DNA of 64,000 bases, from contig CDPCPM010000363.1 of assembly GCA_976551045.1 (NCBI GenBank), positions 2,170,001 to 2,234,000 on the forward strand. Direction: 5' to 3'. The stretch is from Glaucostegus cemiculus. Lineage: Eukaryota. Shown here piece after piece: positions 37,580 to 50,924 of the stretch. Numbering within the stretch: position 1 is the first letter of the stretch; the number at the start of each line of letters is the position of its first letter. The notes beneath the pieces were generated by a model. The model was not told the DNA's origin. It made no database searches and was given only the letters and a program-made list of their open reading frames with translations. The position numbers were made by a program, and so were the translations under genes.

Positions 37580-40500
37580 TATTGTTTTTGGTGATATTGG
37601 AATAACATGGACATCAGGGACAACCCCCTCAGCCTTGACCTTGTGTTCACATCTCTGGAATATCCAGCAATCCAGGTCCTACATCAACACAGCTGACTCT
37701 CAACAACCCTTCCACATGGTCTGCATATGAAGCCACAACTGGGAGTTCAAGCCTTGCCTTCTCTGAGCATCGAGGGACAGTAGCGATTGCTGACCACGAA
37801 AGCCCACAATTCTAACTAAATGAAGATCCAGAGACACCCTCAGGAGATTTAACATACTTGTGCATCCTCCTAGGTGGCAGAGATTGGTTGTCCAATTGTA
37901 ATTCTATCTAGCAAGGAGAACTGACTCTTTTAAGCCTTCCGGCCCCCAAACTTGGACACAACTAGATATAGGAATGGGACGAATAAAACTGTGCTTAGAT
38001 TCAGGGCTTCCTCAGGGATGAATTGTGCTACAGCTGGTGAGCCAACTACTTTTTGCAGCTGAAAATGAAACCATTTATTTAGGACCAAGGAAATGGTCCT
38101 AAATGCAGAGCCCACTGTATTACAAACTCAGCAACCACCCCCTCATTCCTCTCCCTCTTCTTCAGCTGTCCTGGAGAGCAACAACTCCAACCATCCACAG
38201 GCCAGTCCCTCCCATCTTCACAGGGGAGAATGAAACCTTGGGAAGTGCAGATTGTCAACAAGGCCTTCTGAAACTCTTAACTGCAGCAAAATAAACACCA
38301 GTATCTAAGCATTGTCTTGCACTTTGAACTCTGCTGCACTTTGTCAGCGATAGTTTAATAAAAGAATACAGGCAAGGCCACAGAAACAAGGCTCTGCCAG
38401 CAACCAACGGGAGGAAAACCAGCAGTGTAGTTTAGACACGACTGGGAGTGGCAGCTGCAGAGACTTAGCAATGTTTCAAAGGCATAATTAATTGGCAGCC
38501 AACAGCACAGAACATGACTGGCAAGTTCAGCAGACTGAATGACAATGGTTTTAAAACCCAATGGCGTTAACCCGAGTCGCACTGTGAGCTTGCTCATTCA
38601 GGGAACCAATCAATAGCAAGCCAGCTCCCCATCTCCTGTTGCTCCACTTAAGTTATTCTGAAGGACTGGGGAGTTCTTCTTGTATCTCAGTCAATATTGA
38701 TCTCGCCACCAATTTATCTGTTCATCCTTTTTCCTTATCAAACCTTTTCACAGATTGGCTGCCATATACAATGATGACATTTTATTGGCTGAATGATGTT
38801 TTAATGAGGTTCTGAAGAGGCAAGAGATGTGTGAAAATTTCAGGAGATAGGTGTTATACAGGTGTATCACCCAATGGTTTACCTCAAACATCACTGAGAC
38901 TTGTCATGGTCCACTATTAGCGTGCCGTACTTGCTGGGATCGGTGAAGGGTGATGGCCTACAATAATAACCAGTATATTGCTGACAGAATGTACATATTG
39001 AAATACTGTAAATATAAGTGAATATAATGATATATTTGGTTCAGTATTGAGACAAAGCAATGTCATGGTTTGTGTTGTTATATATTTTCTGAATAAAGCA
39101 TTTTTTTTGGAAAATAAACAGTTGGCAAGTTGACAAGTTCTTTGTGTGAGCATTCTAGTGCAAGCAAGTGTACCTACAAACCAGAAAGTACACCAGTTAG
39201 CAGGTAGACTACAAAGTGAGACTGCCACAAAGGCTTCCAAAACTGCTGAGGGTCATGTTTACTTGTGAGAATAAACAGGAAAGCCTCAGTGACATCCAGA
39301 ACCAAGGACTTCTTCACCCCTCTATCACACACTGGGCCTGGCGCAGTGCAGGAGACGACCTGCTCAAAGTCACTCAGCAGTGCTGCCTTCTATCCTTTTG
39401 CCACGAAGCAAACAAGTAGATCTAGGATTCAAAGATAAGAGCAAGGCAGGGCCCAGCCAACAACAAACCCTGGCATAAGATAAAACTATGGGAGGCAATT
39501 CACATCTCAGCACCACTTGGCAATTCATGTTTTGTACCTAGTCAGTGAACAGCAAATATCCTGGGACTTCTTCGCAATCTTAGAGTCACAGTTACACAGC
39601 ATGGAAACAGGCTCTTCAGCCCAACTCACTCATGCTGACCAAGTTGCCTGCCTCAAGGACACACATGTTCTATCACCAAGCCGACCCAGGTAACGTCATC
39701 CAGACTTGCCCTTGCTGCCTGTTCCCAACACCCGAGTCCCTGCTTTTGTTGGACACAGGCTTGGCCAGCCACATGGTTTTATCCACCTGAAACTCCAGGC
39801 AGTCTGCACACCGCTCTGCTCACTTACCGCTCCCCGCTGAACCCCCTCCCTGTGATCACTGACTGACATTGGTTAATCCAAAGCTGCAGTTTTAAAATTC
39901 TCAAATCCCCCACAACCTCTTCCCTCCCTTTCTCCCCCGAGCACTTCAGCCCCCAGGTATCTGCAATTCTCAGAGTCAGCACAGGAACAGCTCCTACAAC
40001 CCAGCTGTCAAGCACCAATTTGCACTAATCCCATTTTATTCTCTCCACATTCCCATCAATGCCCCCCCCCCAGATTCTGCCCCTCACCCACACACTAGGG
40101 GCAACTTACTGCACGACATTTAATATTTGCATGATTTGCCCCTTGTTGTCAGTTAACTAGTTGCTAAAATGAAGTGTTTCTCTCTCCACAGATGCTACTT
40201 GATCTGCTGAGTGTTTCCAGCATTTCTAGTTTGATGCATGTGGGACTGAGGGCTCTCACTAACCTCACAGCTCATAGCACTAGCTGCAAGAGGGGAACAG
40301 AGGGCTCTGGCTGATACCTACACATTAACTAGCATCATTGAAGTGGATTATCTGCTTCTTATCAAACTGCTGCTTATGGGAGTAATCAATTCATAAACTG
40401 GTTGTCATGGTTCCTACTTGCAGAAGAAGAGGAGCAGGAGTCAGCCACTTGGCCCCTCAAGCTTGCCCTGCCATTCAACGTGAGCATAGCTGGCCTGCCC

Positions 40501-40959
40501 AAGCCTCAACTCCTCCTTTGTGCCAGTTTCCCACAGCAGCCAATTCTCTGATCGTTCAAAGTTTTGTTCAACTTCAAAGGGAAACTGCACTTCAAACAGT
40601 ATATCGCTGACCATCCTGGGGTCAAGAGGGGTGTTATGCGAGGGTACGTCCTTACCCTAAAGCACAGTAATTTGTTCCCCGGACCTCACTGCACCTACTA
40701 AACATGCATATAAACCAATGCGATAAATACCAGCACCTTGCAGCAGAATCAGACTTACAAGGGTCAGATAAGTGAATTTTCATTCATTGTAAATTGCATT
40801 TGGAAGCTCACAAAGGAATCAAAATCTTGCGCATGGTTGTTAGATTTACAGATTTCAGGTATGCTGTTGGGGTATGGGCTCCACGAACTCGGGCTTCACT
40901 TCTAGGCTGCCCCCAGCTGCTCCAAGGTGTGGCCCCCACTGCTATAGTGACAACAACAA

Positions 40960-41810
40960 CTTGCACTATCAGGGACAGAGTACAGGAAGGAGACAGCAGA
41001 GTAGCATGGTGTCAAGACAACTACCTCTCCCTCAATATCAGCAAACCAAAAGAGCTGGTCATTGACTTCAGGAAGTGGGGCACAGCACATGCCCATCTGC
41101 AATCAATGGTGCTGAGGTGGAGGTGGCTGAGACCTTCAAGTTCCTTGGTGTAAGTAGCACCAACAGTTTGTCCTGGTCCAGCCACGTGGGCATTATAGCC
41201 AAGAAAGCAGACCAGCAGCTCTACTTCGTCAGAAGGCTAAGGAAATTCAGCATGTCCCTGATGACTCTCACCAATTTTTAGATGCATCATAGAAAGCATT
41301 CGATCTGGAAGCATCATGGCTTGCTGTGGCACCAATCTTGGTCTGCCCAAGACCGCAAAAAAACTGCAGAGAATTGTGAACATAACCCAGTCCATCACAA
41401 AAACCAGACTCCTCTCCATTGACTCTGTCCACACTTCCCACTGCCTCGGGAAAGCAGCCAATATAATAAGAATCCCTCCCACCCTGGTCATTTTCTCTTC
41501 TCTCCCCCATTGGGTAGAAGATACAAAAAGTTGAGAGCATGTACCATAAACTCAAGGACAGTTTCTATCCTGTTATTATAAGACTTGAATCTCACACGGT
41601 AAAGATGAACTCTTGATCTCTCAACCTACCGCGTCATGGCCCTTACACTTTATTTGCCTATCTGTACTTTCCCTGTAATTTTAGCACTATATTCTGCTTC
41701 CTTTTGCACAACCTCAGAGTACTTATCTATGGAATGATCTGTCTGGATGACATGCAAAACAAAAGCTTTTCACTGTATCTTGGTACATGTGATAATAATA
41801 AACCAGTTAC
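40960..41810 (+). mobile_element. Rex1/Babar LINE 3' fragment (older or different subfamily)
   Basis: WCQDNYLSLNISKPKELVIDFRK, FKFLGV, LYFVRRLRKF; tail CTTTTCACTGTATCTTGGTACATGTGATAATAATAAACC. Confidence 0.88.
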
Positions 41811-42224
41811 CAGGGATGAACACAAAGTTGAACCAACGCAACGCCATTCCTGGAGTCCAGTCAAACCAGCTTCACCAAATGCAATGACCAGCTCCTCCTC
41901 TCTCATTTGCACAAACCTGTTCAGGTCCTTAACTAGTGACTACTATTTTACACCATCTACAGCTGTGGCTGGTTATAAAACTTCCCGACACTGCGCACTG
42001 TCCGAGTTAAATTCATCTGCCATTCATCGGCCCACTTTTCCAGTTGATCTTGATCCTGTGGTAATGTTAGACAACATCCCTCATTGTTCACTATACCATC
42101 AATTTTGGTGTCATCCACAAACTTACTAATCATGCCAACTACATTGTCATCTATATTAATGACCTGGATGAGAAAGTACCATAAGAATGTAAGAAATGAC
42201 AGGGTTCGTCTTACACAGAAAGCT

Positions 42225-42585
42225 TTACTAGATTGGCCTGTAGTCTCTGGAGTTTAAAACAATGACAGGTGACTTTAGTGAAACATGAATTCTTAATGGA
42301 GCTTGAAAATACAGACACAGGGATGAGATGACTGGGGTGTCCAAAAAAAATGGGATCAGTCTCAAAGTAAAGGGCTGGCCATTCAGGACTGAGATGAGAA
42401 GGTTGGTGAATCTTTGGAATTCATTACCCAAGGGGGCTGTGTTCCTGAGTCTATACCAGACTGAGATTGACAACTTTTAGATATTAAGGGAATATGCAGG
42501 TAAGTGGCACAGAGTTAAACGGTCCGTTGCAATTTCATTGAATGGTGAAACTTGCACGAGGAGCCATGGCTTACTCCTACTTTTC
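42225..42585 (+). mobile_element. CR1 3' fragment
   Basis: GLYSLEF-like and NLWNSLP motifs, tail. Confidence 0.65.
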
Positions 42586-43804
42586 TTTATTATCTTCTGC
42601 ACTTTTTAAACATTAAATACTTTTTAAATGCTTTGGGACTATGTTCAATCTAGTAGCCTCTCTCTCCTTTGCCAGTGTAAGGTGCACAAGTGGCCTTCTG
42701 GTTCAGATCGCTCCATAACCCTGGCCTGCATCAATCCTGGCTCAGTGCAAAGGTAGCCTCCTGCAATTATCCATGGTGTAACATGCCCAAACAGCCCAGC
42801 CAAGATCAACATGGTCATGGTCAGCATCACACACAACTTCATGCCTGATCATCAATGCTTTTCCACTGCTTTGCTTCTCAAGTTTCCCATCAGTTTCTGA
42901 TTGTACTCGTTCCTAGAACAAGGAAGTGGAAAATTCATCTCAAGACCAAGATTAGCACTTTTGATTAATGATCCTGTGCTCTTAAAAAGGTGCTAGTTTC
43001 AGCCTTACATGATGTGTTAAAACTCAGGTACAGCACAAGCAGCTTAGAAATTAGTTTCATTTCACGTCAAGGGCGTTTTGCCATTATGATTCGCAGAGGC
43101 TTCTTCCTGATCTACAATGCATGCAATTTCCTGTTGGTGGTTTGTACTGGGCTACAGCCTCCTGTTACAGCTGCAGGATCTTTCATCTTAAACCAGTGGC
43201 CGCATCGCTTCACAAACCATGTGCAGCCTCAAAGGAAGATAGAACCAGACACCACATGGGTCGGAACATGTGGCCTCTGGCTCTTCAGGAGGCTAATACC
43301 ACTGGATACTAATCAAGGTGACTAACATCATGTTTGTATTCATGAATAAACCACCTATAACTTCGTAAGATGTCCCAAGCGTGCCACTGAAAAATGACTG
43401 ATATCACGACATAGGAGATATTACAATAGCTTGACTATCAAGGCATTAAGGTTGTTTTGAAGGTGAGGAGGAGGGGGAGAAAAGGGAATTGGGCAAGTAC
43501 CAGGGGTTGGGATTGGGAGAGCCCTGTTTAAGGGCCGCCAATCTTTTCTCCATTTCTGTCCTATCCAATGTCACTGCTGTGTTAGCAAATTCCTCTGCCT
43601 CGGTGCAGATGAAAATACTCAAAATGCCTCACTCATGGCTTCAGCCAAGACACTAGCTCCATTTCTGGCCCGGATCACTCCACCTTCCTTCCTTCCTTTA
43701 TCCTTCCATTATTTTCTTGTTTTCAAATTCCAATTTATATGACTCTAACCTTCTCTGGTACTCTCTTTTAGCCCTCTAATTCCCACTTTAAGACTTGAAA
43801 TGCT

Positions 43805-44765
43805 TATGACTTGGAAGAAAATTCTTCATTTAGTTAATACATCCTCAATGTGTGCCAGACACTCATTGATACAGTTTAAAGTTCTGCACAGGGCCTATAT
43901 GTCCAAAGATAAGCTAGCTCGTTTTTATGATCGTATAAACACTATATGTGACAGATGTAAATCGAACGTGGCTTCTTTGTCGCATATGTTCTGGTCTTGT
44001 CCTTATTTGGAAAAATATTGGAAAGACATTTTTAATATTATTTCAGATGTATTGAAGATCGATTTACAACCTCACCCTATTACTGCAATTTTTGGATTAC
44101 ATGGATAAAGTCTGGCCATTTACCTGCTTCTGCTAATCATATGATTGCTTTTGTCACATTGATGGCCAAACGAGCCATTCTGCTTAAATGGAAAGATCCA
44201 ATACCCCCTACCACTTTTCAATGGTTCTCTCAAACTATATCATGTCTTAATTTGGAAAAAATTAGGAGCGGTACTGTTGATTCTTCGCTTAAATTTGAAG
44301 ATATTTGGAGTCCATTTATTCAATACTTTCATATGATGTAGTTTCCCCTTCTATAACTTTTTTTTAATTTAGAGAAATGGAGCTGATGACATTATATTGT
44401 TCTATTTCTATTGAAAATTTTAGCCCAGTTTTTTTTTCCTTGTTTTGTTTTTTTTTCTTCTTTTTTTTTTAAATTCATTTTCGGTTTAATTTACTCTATA
44501 TTATTATGATTTTTTAAAATTGATTTGGGTTTTATTTTTGTTTTTTCTAATTATATAACAAATCTTTTTCTTTTCTATCTTTCACATTACACTTATGAAC
44601 CGAGAGATTGTTGGAACTATTTTTTATATATATCATATTTTATTGCTTTTTTTAATGATTACCTACGATTTACTTGATATTTCTATAATACATGTGTAAA
44701 CATTGTTGTTATATATTTTAACCTGTAATGATTTGTTATCAATAAAAAAGATTGAAAAAGAAAGA
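43805..44765 (+). mobile_element. L1-clade LINE, 5'-truncated, with 15-bp TSD
   Basis: ORF2 C-terminal CCHC region (QFKVLHRAY..CDRC.....SHMFWSC..L..YW), T-rich 3' UTR, AATAAA plus A-rich tail; TSD AAGACTTGAAATGCT at 43790-43804 and 44766-44780. Confidence 0.92.
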
Positions 44766-44770
44766 AAGAC

Positions 44771-44979
44771 TTGAAATGCTGGAGGAACTCAGTGGGTCAA
44801 GCGGCACCCGTGAAAGAAAATGGACAGTCGATGTGTCGGGTTGAGACCCTTCATCCAGATGAAGGGTCTCAGCTCAAAACTCCAATTGTCCATTTACATC
44901 CAAAGATGCTACCTGACCCACTGAGTTCCTCCAGCATCTCGTGTGTTGTTCCAGATTCCAGCAACTGCAGCCTCGTGTC
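44771..44979. mobile_element. Penelope-like palindromic hairpin element
   Basis: TGCTGGAGGAACTCAGTGGGTCA..GAGACCCTTCATC mirrored by GATGAAGGGTCTC..TGACCCACTGAGTTCCTCCAGCA, centred at ~44856. Confidence 0.8.
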
Positions 44980-45074
44980 CCCACTTTAAAACTGCCTCTT
45001 CACCCACTTTGAGAACCAAGGGTCATCGTCTCAAAGTAAGGGCTTCGTCTCCCATCACAGACTTTCTTCGGAAT

Positions 45075-45334
45075 AAATCTTTGTAATGTCTTTAGGGTGT
45101 TTTTTTGGGTCTTTTTATTAAAACCAAACAGCTTCGGTTTTGGTAGTGGGGTTAGTTTTTTAAAATAATATGATTCTAATTTATTAATATTAATTAGTTA
45201 TCATTTTTATTAATATGAAGTATTGTGATTTCAAGTGTGATTCAATACAATGTATTTTGTAACATTTTGGTTTTTTCTTTTGTTTCATGTACTTTGTTTT
45301 TTTATTTGGAATTAATAAAAATATTGAAAAAGAA
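45075..45334 (+). mobile_element. Short L1-like 3' tail inserted in a CR1 fragment
   Basis: T-rich body ending AATAAAAATATTGAAAAAGAAA, like the 44740-44765 tail; CR1 sequence resumes at GGAATTCTCTACC. Confidence 0.55.
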
Positions 45335-46844
45335 AGGAATTCTCTACCTAAGGGGCTACAGACGCCAAGTTGCTGAGTATATTCAAAACAGATCAACAGT
45401 TAGCGCAGGAAAGTGTCACTGAGGTAAAACTTCAGCTGTGATGCCATGGAATGGCAGAGCAGTCGAAAGGAGCCAAAAGGCTCACTCCTGCTTGTATTTC
45501 TTACATTCTAATGTTATGCTCCTGTAGAGAGATGAGGAGCGCAAGGCCACAAAAAGATCTGAAGAAGAGAATAGTGAATCAAACCATTCCATGATGGGAT
45601 AAAATCTATGGAGGTAACCAAGAGAAAGACAGCATCTTGCAAGGATCCGATGTTTCTTGTGGATGATACACACACTTCTTGCAACATTTTTACTCAAACT
45701 GTTGAAAACAGCCCAAGTGTTACAAAATAGGGTAAAAACTTAGTATGAGCACTGCCACAAGTGGTGTAAATCTCTCTCTCTCTCTCTCTCACACACACAC
45801 TCAACAAGAGCCATTGATCAATATCCCTTCAGAATAAGCAGAGACAGAAGGAGCAGTCGATGTTATATACAGCGACAAAACACAGTTCAGATGCACATGA
45901 CATGAAGTTATGTGGAGCATCCATGCAAGGGAATTAATTCACCCTGCTGATAGTTCCACATACTTTTGCTTATTCTTACTTCAAAGTGTTCCATTGCTGA
46001 AGCAACGCTTCTCGGTTTCCAACCAAACTGTCATTTTTTACCAAATCTCTGTCGAATGCTCTAAACTGTTTTGGAAATTAAGCTGAAGGTTGTAGAATTG
46101 AGGAGAGTTGGCGTGCAGACTGAAAACAGTCCCACTGCTCACAGAACGCTCACAGTCCCACATCTTAACCGAGTGTGTTGTTATGTAGTTTGTGCATTCC
46201 TGGAACTGTGGTCACTGCCACAGCCAATATTCACACAGCAAGATCCCACCTATAGCAATTCACCAACAACCACTAGGGAGTCAAGGATGAGGGAAGAGAT
46301 AGCCCTCAGGATACTTGCGCCTTGTACTGGATTATTTACACCTCCACCCCAACCTCAAAATGGCAGAGACGGTCTCAGTGTTACTGCCCAATTCAGCTGA
46401 TGACCCCTCTGCCAGTACAGGACTCTATACTGATCAGATCTGCTGTCAGGTGCTTTTACAGAGCCAGCCACTTCCAACAGTGGGACAGATTACAGGCCAG
46501 ACCCCTCCACTGCTACTCAACATCAGCCTACTCTGCCTGTACTGCAGTTACCTGGTGACATGACATTACCTGTGCTTTGCCAACACTCTGGGGGCACTCA
46601 GAGTGACTACCCAAACACATACTTGTGCAACAGGAAGGGAGAGGCAAGGCACATTCCCCTTCACATCACCTATACAAATAAACCTAGCCAACAACTTTAA
46701 CAACTGCAGCTGCCTGGTTTGGATCTCCCAGTCCCAGCATGGGCCACAGGAATTCTTTCATACCCCAGCCACTCTTACACTGAAAGAAACACAGCAGCCA
46801 AGACAAGCACTGCAAGACTCCTGGAAGACGTGACTAGATAGTCG

Positions 46845-47243
46845 GAGTCTTAGTCAGAGATTGTTTTCTCAGGAGTGTTGAAGTCCAAGGGGCAACCTAA
46901 CTGAAGTATATAAAATTATGAAAGGCACAAATAGGGTAGATACAGCCTTTTTCCCAGGATGGAAATGCCAAATACTTGAGGGTGTAGGTTTAAGGTGAGA
47001 GGGGCAGAGTTTAAAAGAGAGTTATGTAAACAAAGAGAGTGGTAGGTGACTGAAACACTCTGCCAGAGGAAGTGATGGAAGCAGATGGCAACATTTAAGA
47101 GGCATTTAAACAGGCACATGAACAGGCAGGGAATAGTGGGATATAAGCCATGTGCAGGCAGAGACGTAACTTAAATTGACATCAAGGTCGGCACAGACAT
47201 CATGGGCCGAAGGGCCTGTTCCTGTGCTGTACTGTTCTATGTT
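46845..47243 (+). mobile_element. CR1/HER1 3' fragment
   Basis: GNLTEVYKIMKG; tail GGGCCGAAGGGCCTGTTCCTGTGCTGTACTGTTCTATG. Confidence 0.85.
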
Positions 47244-47664
47244 CTCCCTGGAAAAATACCCAAATAAACCACTGTTAATACAAAGATTTAAAAAATGCAG
47301 TGGATTTGGGAAATGTGAAATAAATACACAAAATGCTGGAAGATCAGACAGGCTCTGCACTGAGAGACAGTTTCTGTCACTTGCCTCCACCAGTGTATTT
47401 CACTCTGGTATTTCCAACAACCTATTTTGAGGGATAAATATTGGTTGTGACAGTGTGCTCTTTGACTACCACCCCATCACCAACCTAAGCACTCCTGCTC
47501 GACGCCACAGGAAGCTGCAGGTTGTACCATGTTTAAAATGCACCGCAGTTACTCTGACAGCACCTCCTAAACCCACCACCTCTCCCACCAAAGGGAAGCA
47601 GGTGCAGGGGAGCACCTTCACAGGCAGGGTCCCCTGCAAGCCATACATGACCACGACTTGTCAG

Positions 47665-47960
47665 CAACTAGCACAGCTGCTTCACAGGGACAGAGACCCA
47701 GGTTCCATCCTGATCTGTGTGGAACTTGCATATTCTCCCTGTGACTGTGTGGGCTTCCCCCAGGTGCTCCAGTTTGCTCCCACATCCCTAAGACGTGCAA
47801 GTTGGTTAAATGGTCACTGTAAATCATCCCTCAATGTAGATTAACAGCAAAAAGAATCAAAGGAGTTGATGGGTATGTGATAGGGAATAAGTTGCTGGAG
47901 GTAAGATGGGAGGAGAGCAGGGGGAATGAACTAGTAGCATTCCAGCATGGACCCAAACCA
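47665..47960 (+). mobile_element. HE1-type V-SINE
   Basis: V-domain GGGCTTCCCCCAGGTGCTCCAGTTTGCTCCCACATCCC. Confidence 0.7.
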
Positions 47961-49021
47961 GCATAGGAGGAGGCCACTTTTTTAGACTTGCAAATACATC
48001 ATCAGCCCTTTATTAATGCTAAATCTAATCCTGAAACTTCCTCCCCAACAGCATTGTGGGAGCACCTTCACCTCAAGGACCAGCCTTGCCAAAAGATGCC
48101 CACAAACCACAACTAAATGGAGAGAGAGAGGGAAAGAGAGAGAGAGAGAGAGACAAAAGAAGGAATGTTCTTTGAATAGTGCTGCACGACCTTTTACATC
48201 TAAGAATAACAAAAGGAAACTATAGGAATATGATAGTTAAAGGCAGTAAAGGGCAGAGACAAAACGCTGAACAAAATATTTTCCACAGCACAGAATGTGC
48301 CAACCCACTCTAATGGCAACCTTGCCACTCTTCCCACTGCCACTCACATCGAGGAGGCACAGAGGAGCACCACTTCCTGCAAGTTCCCCTCACAGTTACA
48401 CACCACACAGCCTTGGAGACAGATCACCGATCTTTCATCGTCAATGCACAAGCTCCACCATCCTCCTACCCAGATCCTACACATCTGGACAATCAACTGC
48501 TTTCTCTGGTCACCGCAGCACCCTAGGGTGCCGGCTGCTTCTGTACACTGTCCAATGCAATTTACAAAGGCACCTTTCTTTAACCCTGCGACAGCCAGCC
48601 TTGCCACCAGTCCCGCTGAAAAACTCTGGGCACCACAAGATGTAATGATTTGTTAGAAGGAGTCCAGGTGGGCAGAACTTTAAGTTACCTGGATAGACTG
48701 GAGAGGACAGGGTCGTTCTCCCTGGAACAGAGGAGGTAGTGAGAGGAATCAGATAGAGGTATTTAGAAGTATGTAGGATTAGGGCAGAATAGATAGAAAC
48801 TGCTCTCATTGGTGGAAGGGTCAAGAACCCTGGGCCACAGAATGAAGGCAATTGGTTAAAGGACCAAAAATGAAGAGAGGGGAGATTTTTTTTACATACA
48901 GTGATTGATCAGGATCTGAAATGGGTGTATTGGAGGCAGGTTCAATTGTAGTGTTCAACAGGGAGCGGGGTAAACATCTGAAAGGAAAGCATTTCCTAGG
49001 GCTGTTGACAGGGCATGGGAG

Positions 49022-49440
49022 GAGGTCACCAGAACCAGAAAACGTCAGGGGCTGAGGGGAGATTTGATGGAAGTTTCTAAAATTATGAGAGGCATAGATA
49101 GGGTAGATAGAGTCTTTCTCCCAGGGTAGAAATGTCAAATACTAGAGGTCATGCATTTAAGACAAGAGGGGGAAAAGTTAAAGGAGATGTGCGGGGCAAG
49201 TCTTTTTTCCCCCCCGCACACAGAGTAGTGGGTGCCTGGAGTGCTGCCAGGGGTGATGGCGTAAGCAGATACAGTAGTGGCATTTAAGAAGTTTCTATAT
49301 ACAGTAGGCACATGAATATGCAAGGAATAGAGGGATATGGATCATGTGCAGGCAGAAGAGATTTAGTTTAATTTGGCATCATGTTTGTGATAGACATTGT
49401 GGGCCAAAAGGCCTGTTCCTGTGCTGTACTGTTCTATGTA
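49022..49440 (+). mobile_element. CR1/HER1 3' fragment
   Basis: LRGDLMEVSKIMRGIDRVD..TRGH; complete tail. Confidence 0.88.
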
Positions 49441-49564
49441 ACTGTTCACACGTTGAGCTTCATTGAACTAGATAGCCAACTAGCCATGACCATTCTGTGA
49501 AATGTGTGGTCATTAATCCAAAGTGCCTCATAGGTTGATGACTGGTCAACAAAGGCTGGACATT

Positions 49565-50270
49565 GAGTCAGAGTTATACTGCACAGAAACAGGGCCTTTG
49601 GCCCAACTTGTCCTTGCTGATCAAATTGTCTACCTGAGACAGTCCCATTTGCCTGTGTTTGACCCATCTCTCTAGAAACCTTCTCTATCCGTGTACCTGT
49701 CCAAATGTCTTTTAAAGGTTGTAATTACACCTTCCTGCCTCTACCACTTCCTCTGGCAGGTCATTCCATATACCCACCACCCTCTGTGTGGAAAAACCTG
49801 CCCCTCAAATCTCCTTCATATGTTTCACCTCTCACCCTAAACCTATGCCCTCTAGTTTTACACTTCCCTACCTTAGGAAAAAGGCTGTGACCATTCACTC
49901 TATCTATGCCCCTCATGATTTTATAAACCTCTATAAGGTCACCCCTCAGCCTATTTTGCTCCAGGGAAAACAGGCCCAGCCTATCCAGTCTCTTCTTATA
50001 ATTCAAGCCCTCCAGTTCAGACAACATTCCTGTGAATCTTTTCTGAACCTCCAAGCTTAATTACATCCTTTGTACAGTACGGTGACCAGAACTGTCTCAC
50101 CAACATCTCGTCCAGCTGTAATGTGACATTCCAACTCTTGTACGCAATCCTCCAACTAAAGAAGGCAAGTATATCATATGCTTTCTTCACCATCCCGACT
50201 ACCTGCATCACCACTTTCAGGGAACTAAGTACTTGTATCTTTGGGTCTGTGTGTTCTACAACACTTCCCA
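49565..50270 (-). mobile_element. CR1/HER1 3' fragment
   Basis: ORF 49761-50054 VQKRFTGML..L.YKKRLDRLGLFSLEQ.RLRGDLIEVYKIMRG; tail near 49570-49620. Confidence 0.92.
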
Positions 50271-50924
50271 AAATGCCGTGGGAAGTTAAACCAGAATGCA
50301 GTTCTGGAATGCTTCCACAAACTGACCTCAATGTTTACTGCAGGGGTCAAAACCTGGCTGTTGCAGTGTGTTTTAGCTAGAATCCCCACCAATTCATCGC
50401 GGGCTTCAGACTTGACAATAATCTGCCCAGTTTAGTCTTCCTACAATAGTCTTCCTGAACTGGGATTAAAGTCAAGTGTGGCATAGCTGGTGCTTTCGTC
50501 AGGTCACGTTTTATTGTCCATCTGTCCGCAGGCGATGGACTAGGGGCTTCAAGCACCTGCAATCTTCAGAGTTTCCAGTTGGGAATATATGACAATATAT
50601 ATCAACAAGCCCAGGTTTGAAGGGACACCTCTTCTGTTTAAGTGGTACTGAGGAGAGGGATGGGGGAGGAAAAGAGGGGATGAGGAAGTGAACAAGGGGT
50701 TCAGGTGCAAGTGCGGAGGGAGAAGGGTTGGGTGAGGGACGTGTGGAAGTGAGGGCACGTGCAAGAGGGATGATGAGGAGGATCTGCAAGCCTGGAGGGG
50801 ATTTGAGCACAGAGGGGGAGCTGAAGGAGGCTAAAGAGGATTGCATCACTGAGGAAGGGGTGGTGAGAGAGACTGTGTGGAGAGTGTGTTCAGAGTAGGT
50901 ACTGGGGGTTGAAGGGAGAGTTGG

